Positions 8,199 to 17,664 are shown, counted from the stretch's first letter. The stretch: 24,000 nt of DNA from an uncultured Bacteroidota bacterium (GCA_937873155.1 CALMVZ010000038.1:71959-95958), one strand, 5' to 3'. The notes: a model not told the origin generated them from the letters alone. Made by a program: numbers and translations.

Positions 8199-8786
8199 AT
8201 GGCTAAGAAGAAATCAGCAAAAAAATCAGCAAAGAAGGCGTCTAAAAAGCCTGTAAAAAAAGCGGCAAAAAAAACTGCGAAAAAAGCAGCAAAAAAAAGT
8301 AAGCCGGTAAAAAAAGCTAAGAAAGCAAATAAAAAACCTGCAGCTAAACCTGCAGCACCTCCATCAAACAGCATTAATCCGTATTTAACTTTCGGTGGTA
8401 ATTGTGAAGATGCATTTAATTTCTACCGTTCGGTTTTCGGAGGGGATTTTACTTACATTGGAAGATTCAGCGAAATGCCTCCGCAGGAAGGTAAAACGAT
8501 GTCAGCAGAAGAAGCGAACAGGATCATGCACATCTCATTACCGATAAGTACTGAAACTGTTCTGATGGGAAGTGACAGTTCAGATGAATTCGGACATGCT
8601 ACAACTAAAGGAAATAATTTCTCTATTTCCATCAATGCAAAAAGCCAGGATGAGGCAGACAGATTATATAACGGATTATCACAGGGTGGGGTTCCATTCA
8701 TGCCAATGAGCAAAACGTTCTGGGGTTCTTACTTCGGTATGTTCACCGACAAATATGGTATTAACTGGATGGTAAGTTACGGTTAA
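8199..8786 (+). CDS. Histone-H1-like Lys/Ala-rich N-terminal tail fused to a PhnB-like VOC (glyoxalase/bleomycin-resistance fold) domain
   Basis: Residues 1-~55 are MAKKKSAKKSAKKASKKPVKKAAKKTAKKAAKK...KPAAKPAAPP. The remainder (INPYLTFGGNCEDAFNFYRSVFGG...IMHISLPI...LMGSD...FSISI...MPMSKTFWGSYFGMFTDKYGINWMV) matches the PhnB/COG2764-type VOC pattern. Confidence 0.8.
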   Translation: MAKKKSAKKSAKKASKKPVKKAAKKTAKKAAKKSKPVKKAKKANKKPAAKPAAPPSNSINPYLTFGGNCEDAFNFYRSVFGGDFTYIGRFSEMPPQEGKTMSAEEANRIMHISLPISTETVLMGSDSSDEFGHATTKGNNFSISINAKSQDEADRLYNGLSQGGVPFMPMSKTFWGSYFGMFTDKYGINWMVSYG

Positions 8787-8833
8787 TAAAAATGTATTTC
8801 CCGAAGGGACCACTATGTGGAAGTTTAATTTGA

Positions 8834-8862
8834 AAGCGGAGCCGGAGGGCTTCGCTTTTTTT
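8834..8862 (+). terminator. Rho-independent terminator of the H1-VOC gene
   Basis: AAGCGGAGCC, loop GGAG, GGCTTCGCTT (10 bp, one G-U), then a T run. Confidence 0.8.
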
Positions 8863-8898
8863 ATTGTATTTGTAAACCTGTACGAAAGGGTTCATTAC

Positions 8899-10119
8899 TC
8901 AACAATCATTCTTAGGATTAGCACAAGCCTTATTCAACCTCGCAAAACCAAAAGTGGTCATTAAAAAAACACAGGAGCAAACGATGAACATCACTGTGAA
9001 ATTTGTGGCTTCTGTTAAGAGGGAACATAAATAAGGACCAAAACTTTGTCCGATGCCCCATGCCATTGTAAAAAGTGCGGCGTACTGTCCGCGGTTATTT
9101 TCATTGGTGCGGCTGATCATGAACGTACTCATGAACGGCATTGCGGTAATTTCTCCGAATGTAACAAGTATGATCATCAGTATACAAACCATTTGCGGAT
9201 CACCGGGTGATAATAAACTCAGATAAGACAATGCGCAGATCGCAGTTCCTATTGCCATGAAAACTAAATTATGACGCTTGCCTTCCAGTTTGTAGATCAG
9301 CACCATTTCCAGTATCACAATTAAAATCCCGTTTAGCGCCATTACGAAACCAATGAATTGCTCGCTTAAATGCATGTTGTCGCGCCAGTATTTTGGAATG
9401 GTTGTGAAGAGCTGGAAGAAACACATGCCAAACAGCACTAACAAAAAAATGAAGGCCATGTAAATTCTATCCTTGTAAGCAGATCGTTTTACTTCTGCCT
9501 CTTCAGGTTTTGGTTTGCTTTTTAAATTCAAAGCAGGTTTAAATGATATGTACATGATCAATGCCGCAGCAATATTTGTCAGGCCATCTACCCAAAATAA
9601 TAATTCATAACTGCGTGCTGCAATAAAACCTCCCAATGAAGCGCCAACAGCCCATCCTAAATTCACGGCCAAACGATTTAATGAATAAGAACGTGTCCTG
9701 TTCTCTGCTGTGCTATAATGCGCAATGGCTGATGAATTAGCAGGACGAAATGCTTCGTTCACAAAACTTAAAATAAAAGTGGCTAAGCAGATCAATCCGT
9801 AAGAATGTATTTGCCCGAGTACAATGAACATCACCCCGCCGAGGAACAATGTCATCACCTGTACTTTCTGAAAGCCGATCTTATCACTTAATTTCCCTCC
9901 GAAGAATGCGCCGATCACAGAACCTAATCCCCATAAACCCATTACGGTTCCGGCTTCGCTTAAATTGCGGTTCATTTCTTTTCCCGTAAGGTAAAGGGTC
10001 ATGAACGGCAATACCATGGTGCCGCTGCGGTTTATTAAAATGATGAGTGAGAGTAACCAGGTTTGCGGAGATAATCCCGTAAAGGATGTTTTGTAAAGCG
10101 ATAGTGTGCGCCGGATCAT
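8899..10119 (-). CDS. MFS transporter
   Basis: A 406-aa protein, highly hydrophobic throughout, with an MFS motif-A-like GGKLSDKIGFQKV between early helices. Confidence 0.8.
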   Translation of the reverse strand: MIRRTLSLYKTSFTGLSPQTWLLSLIILINRSGTMVLPFMTLYLTGKEMNRNLSEAGTVMGLWGLGSVIGAFFGGKLSDKIGFQKVQVMTLFLGGVMFIVLGQIHSYGLICLATFILSFVNEAFRPANSSAIAHYSTAENRTRSYSLNRLAVNLGWAVGASLGGFIAARSYELLFWVDGLTNIAAALIMYISFKPALNLKSKPKPEEAEVKRSAYKDRIYMAFIFLLVLFGMCFFQLFTTIPKYWRDNMHLSEQFIGFVMALNGILIVILEMVLIYKLEGKRHNLVFMAIGTAICALSYLSLLSPGDPQMVCILMIILVTFGEITAMPFMSTFMISRTNENNRGQYAALFTMAWGIGQSFGPYLCSLLTEATNFTVMFIVCSCVFLMTTFGFARLNKACANPKNDC

Positions 10120-10124
10120 TTATA

Positions 10125-11528
10125 TTATTCTTTTATAAACTTATAAGAATAATTAGAGTTTTTGGAAAAAATTGCGAGGTGGTATAAGCCATTTGGTAAG
10201 TCATGGATATCGATATGTTCAGTATCTCCTTTTATTTCTATTCTTTGAATTCCTAGTATATCAGTAATTATAATACGATTTACCAATGAATTGATATTTT
10301 TTATATGAATCTTATTGTACGCAGGGTTAGGATAAATTGTAAATGAACTTTTTGTAGTAAGGAGTTCTTCAATTCCAGTAAAGGGGCACCCAAATTGAAT
10401 AGGTATATTTATATTTCCAAATATTGATGGTGAACCAAGACCTAATACACCATTCCAATTATGTCCCCATGACCAAACAGTTCCATTGGTTTTTGTAGCG
10501 AAAGCAAAACCGTACACTCCAGATTCAACCGACACCCAATTTGTATCAGTGCCAACTTGAGTTGGAGAACTTCGCATCCATGTAGAGATGATGTCATCTC
10601 CAGTAATTCCTCCTTCATTATAACCCCATGCCCATAAAGTCCCGTTTTTTTTAATTCCAATAGAATGCATCCTTCCAAGAGAAATCGCCTTCCAGGTAGT
10701 ATCTGTTCCAATCTGAGTTGGAAAATATTTATTTATTGTGTTGCCGTTACCTAATTTCCCATATTGGTTCTCTCCCCATCCCCAAAGAGTTCCATTATTT
10801 TTTATTCCCATTGTATGATTGCTGCCTGCATCAATATATTTCCAATCATTATCACTTCCAATTTGAGTAGGATAGAATTTAGTATTGAGCATGCTATCTC
10901 CCAATTGTCCATAATTATTTCCACCCCATCCCCAAATAGTTCCATCGTTTTTTAGAGCAACAACATGATATTCGCCAGTAGCTATTTTATACGATAACCA
11001 ATTGGTACTCGTGCCAACTTGCGTTGGAATTGATTTATTTGTATAAGTGGTATCACCTAATATTGCTGCAACATTGCGACCCCATCCCCAAAGACTCCCG
11101 TTATTTTTTAGAGCGAAAGAGAAATAATCTCCTGTAATTACATTTAACCATTGATTTGAAGTATCAATTTTAATTGGAAATCTTGTTCCGAGTGGCAGGG
11201 TTGGTTCTCCTAATTGTCCATAAAAATTTTCTCCCCAAGTCCAAAGAGATCCATTTGCTTTAATTCCAGCGGAATGATCTTTACCTGCTCCAATCACCCT
11301 CCATGTCGTGTCTTTACCGATTTTTACAGGAATGTATCTGTCCTGACAATTGAATAAATTTACCGTGCTATCTCCAACACCTATACAATAACCCCAACCC
11401 CAAAGTTCACCATTAGGCTTTATTCCTAAAGCATGTTTTTCGCCAGCTTTAATAATTTGCCAACAAGTAGATTGAGAGTAGAACTCGAAACATAAAATTG
11501 CTAATAAAAATATAAGGAGCTTTTTCAA
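10125..11528 (-). CDS. Secreted RCC1-repeat beta-propeller protein with a T9SS C-terminal sorting domain
   Basis: Signal peptide MKKLLIFLLAILCFEFYSQ. About 7 repeats of the pattern G..HS.GIK.NG.LW.WG.N.YGQLG. The C-terminus is FTIYPNPAYNKIHIKN...NGLYHLAIFSKN. Confidence 0.85.
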   Translation of the reverse strand: MKKLLIFLLAILCFEFYSQSTCWQIIKAGEKHALGIKPNGELWGWGYCIGVGDSTVNLFNCQDRYIPVKIGKDTTWRVIGAGKDHSAGIKANGSLWTWGENFYGQLGEPTLPLGTRFPIKIDTSNQWLNVITGDYFSFALKNNGSLWGWGRNVAAILGDTTYTNKSIPTQVGTSTNWLSYKIATGEYHVVALKNDGTIWGWGGNNYGQLGDSMLNTKFYPTQIGSDNDWKYIDAGSNHTMGIKNNGTLWGWGENQYGKLGNGNTINKYFPTQIGTDTTWKAISLGRMHSIGIKKNGTLWAWGYNEGGITGDDIISTWMRSSPTQVGTDTNWVSVESGVYGFAFATKTNGTVWSWGHNWNGVLGLGSPSIFGNINIPIQFGCPFTGIEELLTTKSSFTIYPNPAYNKIHIKNINSLVNRIIITDILGIQRIEIKGDTEHIDIHDLPNGLYHLAIFSKNSNYSYKFIKE

Positions 11529-11577
11529 GTGTATCTTTTAGGTAAAGATAGCTAATGCATTATAATAACCAATACGG

Positions 11578-11865
11578 TTAGTCGCTGATCTTTTTCTTAC
11601 CTTTTTTTAGCTGCCTCCTGTATTCTTTGCGCTGACGGCGGATCTCTTTTTTTTGTCCGCGCGCCAAACGTGAGCTGATCTTATCTTCTTTTTTCTTTTT
11701 TAAATAAGGATTATAAGGATCATCACCTTTCCCTTTTTTACGGCGCCATTTCCGCCAAACTTTTCTTTGCTTGCGTTTGCCCTGCATCATCTCATCCTGC
11801 TGTGCCGAAACAGGCAAAGCTGTGTAAACAAATAAACTGATCAGTATAGCAACGATATAACGCAT
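11578..11865 (-). CDS. Small secreted hyper-basic (Lys/Arg-rich) protein, function unknown
   Basis: Signal peptide MRYIVAILISLFVYTALPVSAQQ followed by ~70 residues dominated by K/R (KRKQRKVWRKWRRKKGKG...RRQRKEYRRQLKKGKKK). Same strand as the RCC1 gene and upstream of it. Confidence 0.55.
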   Translation of the reverse strand: MRYIVAILISLFVYTALPVSAQQDEMMQGKRKQRKVWRKWRRKKGKGDDPYNPYLKKKKEDKISSRLARGQKKEIRRQRKEYRRQLKKGKKKISD

Positions 11866-11997
11866 AATTCACTACAAATAACGGGATAATTCCAAATAGT
11901 AACACTGTAAAAATCAATACTTTTTAACCTATTTCGGTTACTTATTTATTTGTCAGGGATAAGCCTTATATTTATCTTTGAAAAAAGTGATCTGATT

Positions 11998-12984
11998 ATG
12001 ATAAAAGAGTGGACCAAAGAAGAGATTCTTGCTGTTTATAACACCCCTTTAATGGAGTTAATGTATAAAGCTGCTGAAGTGCATAAAGCCAACCACAAAG
12101 TTGGTGAGGTGCAGGTAAGCTCGCTTTTATCTATTAAAACAGGCGGTTGTCCTGAAGATTGTGCGTATTGTCCGCAAGCGGCGCGTTACCATACCGAAGT
12201 TAAAGTTCATAAATTAATGAGTGTTGCTGAAGTTACAGAAGCTGCTGATAATGCAAAGAATGGCGGTGCAAGCCGTATGTGTTTAGGCGCTGCGTGGAGA
12301 GAAGTACGCGATAATAAAGATTTTGATAAGGTTCTTGATATGGTGAAGACCATTAACGAAAAAGGACTTGAAGTGTGCGCTACATTAGGAATGGTGACTG
12401 AGGATCAAGCAAAGAAATTAGCAGAAGCAGGATTGTACGCATACAATCATAATTTAGATACATCAGAAGAGAATTATAATAACATTATTTCTACACGTAA
12501 TTACGATGACCGTTTAAACACAATTAAAAATGTGCGTAAAGCAGGATTAACTGTTTGTTCAGGCGGGATCATCGGCATGGGAGAAGCGATTGAAGACAGG
12601 GTAGGAATGTTGTACACTTTAAGTTTATTGCGCCCTCAACCGGAATCAGTTCCTATCAATGCATTGGTAGCTGTTGAAGGTACGCCATTAGCAGATCAGC
12701 CGCCGGTTCCAATCTGGGATATGGTACGTATGATCGCAACCACAAGAATTATTTTACCGAAAACCGCGGTTCGTTTGTCTGCAGGCCGACAAGAAATGAG
12801 TTTGGAAGGGCAAGCGCTTTGTTTCTTAGCAGGCGCAAATTCAATTTTTGCAGGTGAGAAATTATTGACTACTCCAAATCCTGCTTACAACCAGGACATG
12901 GAAATGTTCAAGTTGTTAGGTTTAAGCCCGAAAAAAGCTTTCGCTGACAAACCGAAGGAAGAGTCTGTTGGACTTGAGAATTGA
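11998..12984 (+). CDS. bioB: Biotin synthase
   Basis: Radical-SAM motif [12 protein letters not shown]. BioB-type N-terminus [25 protein letters not shown]. Start set at MIKEWT (11998) rather than the TTG-called extension at 11950. Confidence 0.95.
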   Translation: MIKEWTKEEILAVYNTPLMELMYKAAEVHKANHKVGEVQVSSLLSIKTGGCPEDCAYCPQAARYHTEVKVHKLMSVAEVTEAADNAKNGGASRMCLGAAWREVRDNKDFDKVLDMVKTINEKGLEVCATLGMVTEDQAKKLAEAGLYAYNHNLDTSEENYNNIISTRNYDDRLNTIKNVRKAGLTVCSGGIIGMGEAIEDRVGMLYTLSLLRPQPESVPINALVAVEGTPLADQPPVPIWDMVRMIATTRIILPKTAVRLSAGRQEMSLEGQALCFLAGANSIFAGEKLLTTPNPAYNQDMEMFKLLGLSPKKAFADKPKEESVGLEN

Positions 12985-13050
12985 TCAGAAGAGAAAAATT
13001 CCGAGGGACTTGAACTAATAGTAAAGTCCGTCGGACTAAAAATTGTTCAA

Positions 13051-13515
13051 ATGAAAAAAATTATTTTTGGTTTATGTGTAATGATGAGCTTGCAGGCTGC
13101 TGCTCAGAAAGAAGTTTCTGCAAAGTATGATCATATTGGTAAATTCTTTTATGGAATTGCTATTGTTGAATCGAATGGCATGAAAGGTGCAATTGATTCT
13201 ACAGGAAAAGAAGTGATTAAGCCGGAGTGGGAGAGTTTAACCGGTTTTGGAAAAGATGGGATCGGCTATGCACGCAAGAATGGAAAAGTGGGGTTGATCA
13301 AATCTGACGGAACTTTATTATTGGAACCAAAATACGAGCGCATCGGCGGTTTTAAGAACGGGCGTGCTATCATTAGTCAGGGCCCGTTCAAAGGCCTGGT
13401 TGATTTCAGCGGTAAAGTAATAATTGAACCAAAATACGAACATTTGAAATTTGAAGACAGTGGTTTAGTCCGCGCCCGTGTTGGCGGAAAAGAAGTTCTT
13501 TTAAAAGTAGATTAG
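13051..13515 (+). CDS. Secreted WG/KWG-type repeat protein (degenerate repeats)
   Basis: Signal peptide MKKIIFGLCVMMSLQAAAQ. Three ~35-aa repeats of the form KYD/E.IG.F..G.A.V..NG..G.ID.SGK.VI.P. Only 11 nt upstream of bioF. Confidence 0.7.
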   Translation: MKKIIFGLCVMMSLQAAAQKEVSAKYDHIGKFFYGIAIVESNGMKGAIDSTGKEVIKPEWESLTGFGKDGIGYARKNGKVGLIKSDGTLLLEPKYERIGGFKNGRAIISQGPFKGLVDFSGKVIIEPKYEHLKFEDSGLVRARVGGKEVLLKVD

Positions 13516-13526
13516 TTATAATAAAA

Positions 13527-14639
13527 ATGTCTATAAACGGTAAAGGCCCTTTGCATTTAGTTCATGCACTTGAAGAACGGAAACGCAAAGGGCTTTTTCG
13601 TTCCCTGAAGTATAATTATCCTAAAACTGATTTTAGCAGCAACGACTATTTAGGTTTCTCGAAGAAAGGTTTGATCGAGAAAAAACTTCAGGCACTTCAA
13701 ATAAAAGAATCCGGCTCTACAGGATCACGTTTAATTTCAGGGAATTCACAATTGACAGAAGACCTGGAAAATTCTATTGCAAAATTTCATTCAGCGGAAG
13801 CTGCTTTGATCTTTAATTCAGGTTACGATGCGAATGTTGGATTGGTATCAAGTATTCCAACCAAAAGAGACCTGGTGTTGTATGATGAATTGGTTCATGC
13901 TTCTATTCATGATGGAGTTCGTTTAAGTTTTGCGAAATCCTATAAGATCCGGCATAATGATGTGGATCATTTGAAACGGATGATAGAGCGGAATTTACCT
14001 GTTGTAGATACTATCTATGTTGTGGTGGAAAGTGTTTATTCGATGGACGGTGATTGTGCGCCACTGAAGGAAATTGTAAAACTGTGTGATAACAAGACTG
14101 TTTTTTTGATAGTTGACGAAGCACATGCAATTGGTGTTTTCGGAAAGAATGGAAGAGGCTTATGTAGTGAATTAGGTTTAGAAGAAAATATCTTCGCACG
14201 GATTTACACTTACGGAAAAGCAATGGGTTGTCATGGAGCGGCTGTTGTTGGAAATGAAACGCTCCGTAACTATTTGATCAACTTTGCAAGATCATTCATT
14301 TATACGACTGCTCTGCCGCAGCATAGTTTGTTAAGTATTGAAGCAGCTTATGAATTATTGCTGGAAGGAAAATTGCAGGAACAATTAAGGGAGAATATCA
14401 GTTATTTTAATTCCCTCACAAAAGATTTCATTCCAAGCACCAGTGCTATTCATTGTAAATTATTCCCCGGAAACCATAATGTTGATATAATTGAGGCACA
14501 GTTCGAAAAAAAGGATATGTTTGTGAAAGGGATTAAAAGTCCGACTGTGAAAGAAGGCGCGGAACGTATCAGGGTGTGCTTACATGCTTTTAATACCAAA
14601 GAAGAAATTAAGAACCTCGTTAATCTGATCAATGAATAG
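13527..14639 (+). CDS. bioF: 8-amino-7-oxononanoate synthase
   Basis: Alpha-oxoamine synthase motifs SGSTGSRLISGN, YSMDGD, DEAHA and the PLP-lysine context TYGKAMG. Position in the bio cluster. Overlaps bioD by 8 nt (ATGAATAG). Confidence 0.9.
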   Translation: MSINGKGPLHLVHALEERKRKGLFRSLKYNYPKTDFSSNDYLGFSKKGLIEKKLQALQIKESGSTGSRLISGNSQLTEDLENSIAKFHSAEAALIFNSGYDANVGLVSSIPTKRDLVLYDELVHASIHDGVRLSFAKSYKIRHNDVDHLKRMIERNLPVVDTIYVVVESVYSMDGDCAPLKEIVKLCDNKTVFLIVDEAHAIGVFGKNGRGLCSELGLEENIFARIYTYGKAMGCHGAAVVGNETLRNYLINFARSFIYTTALPQHSLLSIEAAYELLLEGKLQEQLRENISYFNSLTKDFIPSTSAIHCKLFPGNHNVDIIEAQFEKKDMFVKGIKSPTVKEGAERIRVCLHAFNTKEEIKNLVNLINE

Positions 14640-15249
14640 ATTTTTTATTACCGGAATCGGCACGAATGTCGGGAAAACAGTTGTCTCCGCTATCTTATGC
14701 GAAGCCATGCAGGCCGATTACTGGAAACCTATTCAATGTGGGATCGAGGAGGGAAGGGATAAAGACACTGTAAAGAAATTACTTTCCAATACTAAAAGTG
14801 TTTGCCATGATGAGACCTATCTTTTACAAATGCCTGCTTCTCCGAACATAGCTGCAAAGAAAGAAGGTATCAAGATCACTATGGATAGTTTGCAATTGCC
14901 TCAGACCTTAAACAAGATTTGTATAGAAGGCGCAGGCGGACCAATGGTGCCAATTAATGATTCTTATTTTGTGATCGATATTGCGAAGCAAAATGGTTTG
15001 GCGGTTGTTCTTGTCATAAATCATTATTTAGGCTGCATCAATCATTCCTTATTAGCAATTGATTATTTATTGAATAATAATTATAAGCTACATGGTTTGA
15101 TCCTAAACGGTGATTTTGATGAAGATGTAAAGAATTCCATAATTAATTATAAACGCATTCCTGTTCTTGGCGAAATTCCGCATACAGATAAACCGGACAA
15201 GAAATTTGTGAGGGAACAGGCTTCTAAAATTAATATTTCCTTATTGTAA
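14632..15249 (+). CDS. bioD: Dethiobiotin synthase
   Basis: FITGIGTNVGKTVVSA P-loop, EGAGG motif, ~205 aa. Its stop overlaps the bioA start (TAATG). Confidence 0.9.
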   Translation: MNRFFITGIGTNVGKTVVSAILCEAMQADYWKPIQCGIEEGRDKDTVKKLLSNTKSVCHDETYLLQMPASPNIAAKKEGIKITMDSLQLPQTLNKICIEGAGGPMVPINDSYFVIDIAKQNGLAVVLVINHYLGCINHSLLAIDYLLNNNYKLHGLILNGDFDEDVKNSIINYKRIPVLGEIPHTDKPDKKFVREQASKINISLL

Positions 15250-16520
15250 TGAGTACTTCTAAAAAAGATAAAGATCTCGTTTGGCATCCGTTCACACATT
15301 TAAGATCCGAAAATGAAAATATTTGTATTGACCGCGCTGAAGGTTCTTATTATTATGATGAAAAGGGAACGAGATACATTGATGCTATTTCCAGCTGGTG
15401 GGTGAATTTACACGGGCATTCACATCCTTATATCAATTCAAAAGTGGCCGAACAACTCGGAAAGTTCGAACACACGATGTTCAGCGGCTTCACTCATAAA
15501 CCGGCTGTTGATCTTGCGGAACGGTTATTAAAGCATTTACCGAAGAATCAAAGCAAAATATTTTATTCAGATAATGGTTCTACAGCTGTTGAAGTTGCTT
15601 TAAAAATGGCTTTGCAGTATTGGGATAACAAAGGCGAGAGTAAACCTTTGTTCATTGCTTTTGAGAATGCTTATCATGGGGATACTTTCGGCGGAATGAG
15701 TGTTGGAGAACGCAACGTGTTCAATAATGCGTTTGAGCAGTTGTTATTTGATGTAGTACATGTCCCGCTTCCAAATGCAGATAACATTTCCGAAATTGAA
15801 AAACAGTTGCAGGATCTTTTTAAAAATCATTCTGTAGCCGGATTCATCTTTGAGCCATTGGTGCAGGGTGCAGCCGGTATGGTCATGTACGAAGCGCAAT
15901 ATCTTGATCGGTTAATAAGCATTTGTAATAAACATAAAGTAATAACTATTGCCGATGAAGTAATGACAGGCTTCGGGAGAACAGGCAAATTCTTCGCATC
16001 AGACTATTTACAAAATAAGCCTGATATCATTTGTCTCTCGAAAGGATTGACCGGAGGTTATCTTCCTTTAGGCGTCACCGGTTGTGCTCAATTTATTTAT
16101 GATGCTTTTGTAAGTGACGATAAGAAGAAAACTTTTTTCCATGGCCATAGTTATACAGGAAATCCTATCTCGTGCACAGCGGCATTAGCCAGCATGGATC
16201 TCATGGAAGAAAAACGTACCTGGATCGGTATCGACAGGATCATTAAGAAGCATGAATTATTTTTAAGTAAGAACGCTTCTCATAAGGCAATAAAAAGTAT
16301 TCGTCAAACCGGAACTATTCTGGCTATAGAATTAAAAACAGATGAACACACGCATTATTTAAATAACGCTTCTGAAAAGATTACAGAACATTTTTTAAAA
16401 CATGGCATTTTGATCCGTCCGTTGGGGAATGTATTTTATGTTTTGCCGCCTTACTGCATCAATTTCGGTGATCTCGATTTTATCTATACGAGGATTGAGG
16501 AACTTTTAAATTCGAAGTAA
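15249..16520 (+). CDS. bioA: Adenosylmethionine-8-amino-7-oxononanoate aminotransferase
   Basis: VWHPFT, SSWWVNLHGHSHP, DEVMTGFGRTGK and CLSKGLTGGYLPLG (PLP lysine). Confidence 0.93.
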   Translation: MSTSKKDKDLVWHPFTHLRSENENICIDRAEGSYYYDEKGTRYIDAISSWWVNLHGHSHPYINSKVAEQLGKFEHTMFSGFTHKPAVDLAERLLKHLPKNQSKIFYSDNGSTAVEVALKMALQYWDNKGESKPLFIAFENAYHGDTFGGMSVGERNVFNNAFEQLLFDVVHVPLPNADNISEIEKQLQDLFKNHSVAGFIFEPLVQGAAGMVMYEAQYLDRLISICNKHKVITIADEVMTGFGRTGKFFASDYLQNKPDIICLSKGLTGGYLPLGVTGCAQFIYDAFVSDDKKKTFFHGHSYTGNPISCTAALASMDLMEEKRTWIGIDRIIKKHELFLSKNASHKAIKSIRQTGTILAIELKTDEHTHYLNNASEKITEHFLKHGILIRPLGNVFYVLPPYCINFGDLDFIYTRIEELLNSK

Positions 16521-16550
16521 TTGTCATTGCCAGCGAATGCCGGGCAATCT

Positions 16551-16584
16551 GTTTAGTTGAAGTGTTTACACTTCTTAACTAAAC
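16551..16584. terminator. Hairpin between convergent bioA and the thioesterase gene (possible bidirectional terminator)
   Basis: GTTTAGTTGAAGTG, loop TTTA, CACTTCTTAACTAAAC (14 bp with a 2-nt bulge). It overlaps the thioesterase stop codon and has no strong T run. Confidence 0.4.
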
Positions 16585-17009
16585 TTACTTTTAGCGACAA
16601 CAGTACAAGTAAAACGACTCACGCAGATCAACTCATGCTGTTCGTTATAGATCCTGATATCCCATACATGATTTTTTCCTGTCACATGAATAGGCGTACA
16701 AATTCCGGTTACAATTCCTCCCATTACAGCTTTCACATGATTCGCGTTGATCTCAATTCCCACACCAATAAAAAGTTCACGGTTAACGGCACACCAACTT
16801 GCAACACTACCAATAGTTTCAGCTAAAGCAACAGAGGCGCCTCCGTGTAAAAGTCCAAATGGCTGTTTAGTGCGGTTATCCACGGGCATTGAGGCTTTAA
16901 GGTAATTATCGCCTATTTCGGTAAAGGTAATATTCATGTATTCGCCTAAGGTTCCCTCATTTAAGGCGTTAATTTCGGTCAGGGACGGGGTATTATGCCA
17001 AATGCTCAT
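16575..17009 (-). CDS. PaaI/YdiI-family hotdog-fold thioesterase (MenI-like)
   Basis: LLHGGASVALAETIGS motif, ~144 aa, N-terminal pattern LNEGTLGEYMNITFTEIGDNYL typical of this family. Confidence 0.8.
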   Translation of the reverse strand: MSIWHNTPSLTEINALNEGTLGEYMNITFTEIGDNYLKASMPVDNRTKQPFGLLHGGASVALAETIGSVASWCAVNRELFIGVGIEINANHVKAVMGGIVTGICTPIHVTGKNHVWDIRIYNEQHELICVSRFTCTVVAKSKFS

Positions 17010-17100
17010 ATTTAATTAACTTTGTTATGCCCTTATCAAGGACAATTCCTAATTTAGGGTAAACATAGTGATTTTTGCTATGATAAAAATACAGATCGCC

Positions 17101-17664
17101 ATGAAAAAACTTACACTTTTAATTTTAGTTATGCTGTTCGGATTATCGTTCATATTCAAGAAAAAAGACAATGGTCCAAAGCCAAGTATTCATGGTTTTA
17201 AAGTAAAAACTATCGACGGTCAGGATTTCGATATGGCTTCATTAAAAGGGAAGAAAGTATTGATCGTAAATACAGCCAGCGAATGTGGTTTAACACCTCA
17301 GTATAAACAACTGGAAGAAGTTTACGAAAAGTATAAGGACAAGAATTTTACAATACTTGGTTTCCCGGCAAATAATTTTGGTTCGCAGGAACCGGGTTCT
17401 AATACGAAGATCAAAGCATTCTGTACAAAGAATTACGGTGTGACTTTTCAAATGATGGAAAAAGTTTCGGTGAAAGGTGATGATATGTGCGAGATCTATA
17501 AATGGTTAACTCAAAAAGAAAAGAATGGCGTAGCGAGCAGTACTGTAAAATGGAATTTCCAAAAGTATATGATCGATGAAGAAGGCCACCTGGTAGATAG
17601 CGTTTCTCCAACCAAAAAACCAAATTGCGATAAGATCATAAATTGGATCGAAGCAAAGAAATGA
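17101..17664 (+). CDS. Glutathione-peroxidase-family thiol peroxidase with an N-terminal hydrophobic leader
   Basis: NTASECGLTPQY (Cys-type active site), ILGFPANNFGSQEPG and VKWNFQKY. Start set at MKKLTLLILVMLFG (17101). Confidence 0.88.
   Translation: MKKLTLLILVMLFGLSFIFKKKDNGPKPSIHGFKVKTIDGQDFDMASLKGKKVLIVNTASECGLTPQYKQLEEVYEKYKDKNFTILGFPANNFGSQEPGSNTKIKAFCTKNYGVTFQMMEKVSVKGDDMCEIYKWLTQKEKNGVASSTVKWNFQKYMIDEEGHLVDSVSPTKKPNCDKIINWIEAKK

Noticed and set aside
6601-8870. FN3 gene, array and H1-VOC gene considered as a horizontally acquired island
   Set aside because: No integrase, tRNA or flanking direct repeats were found. My 100-nt hand counts give FN3 46/100 and H1-VOC 41/100 GC against 39-43/100 in housekeeping samples. 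The real compositional outliers are the AT-rich T9SS cargo genes, not this segment.
11898-11942. Inverted repeat AGTAAC-N33-GTTACT and TTAACC-N6-GGTTAC upstream of bioB, considered as a BirA-type biotin operator
   Set aside because: The arms are only 6 nt, the spacing does not match any operator I can name with confidence, and AT-rich promoter DNA yields such matches easily. It needs comparative footprinting before being called.
16575-17009. Hotdog thioesterase considered as the missing pimeloyl-arm enzyme of the biotin pathway
   Set aside because: It is convergent to the operon, so not co-transcribed, and its HGGASVALAE motif fits MenI/EntH-type aromatic acyl-CoA thioesterases. Proximity alone is insufficient.
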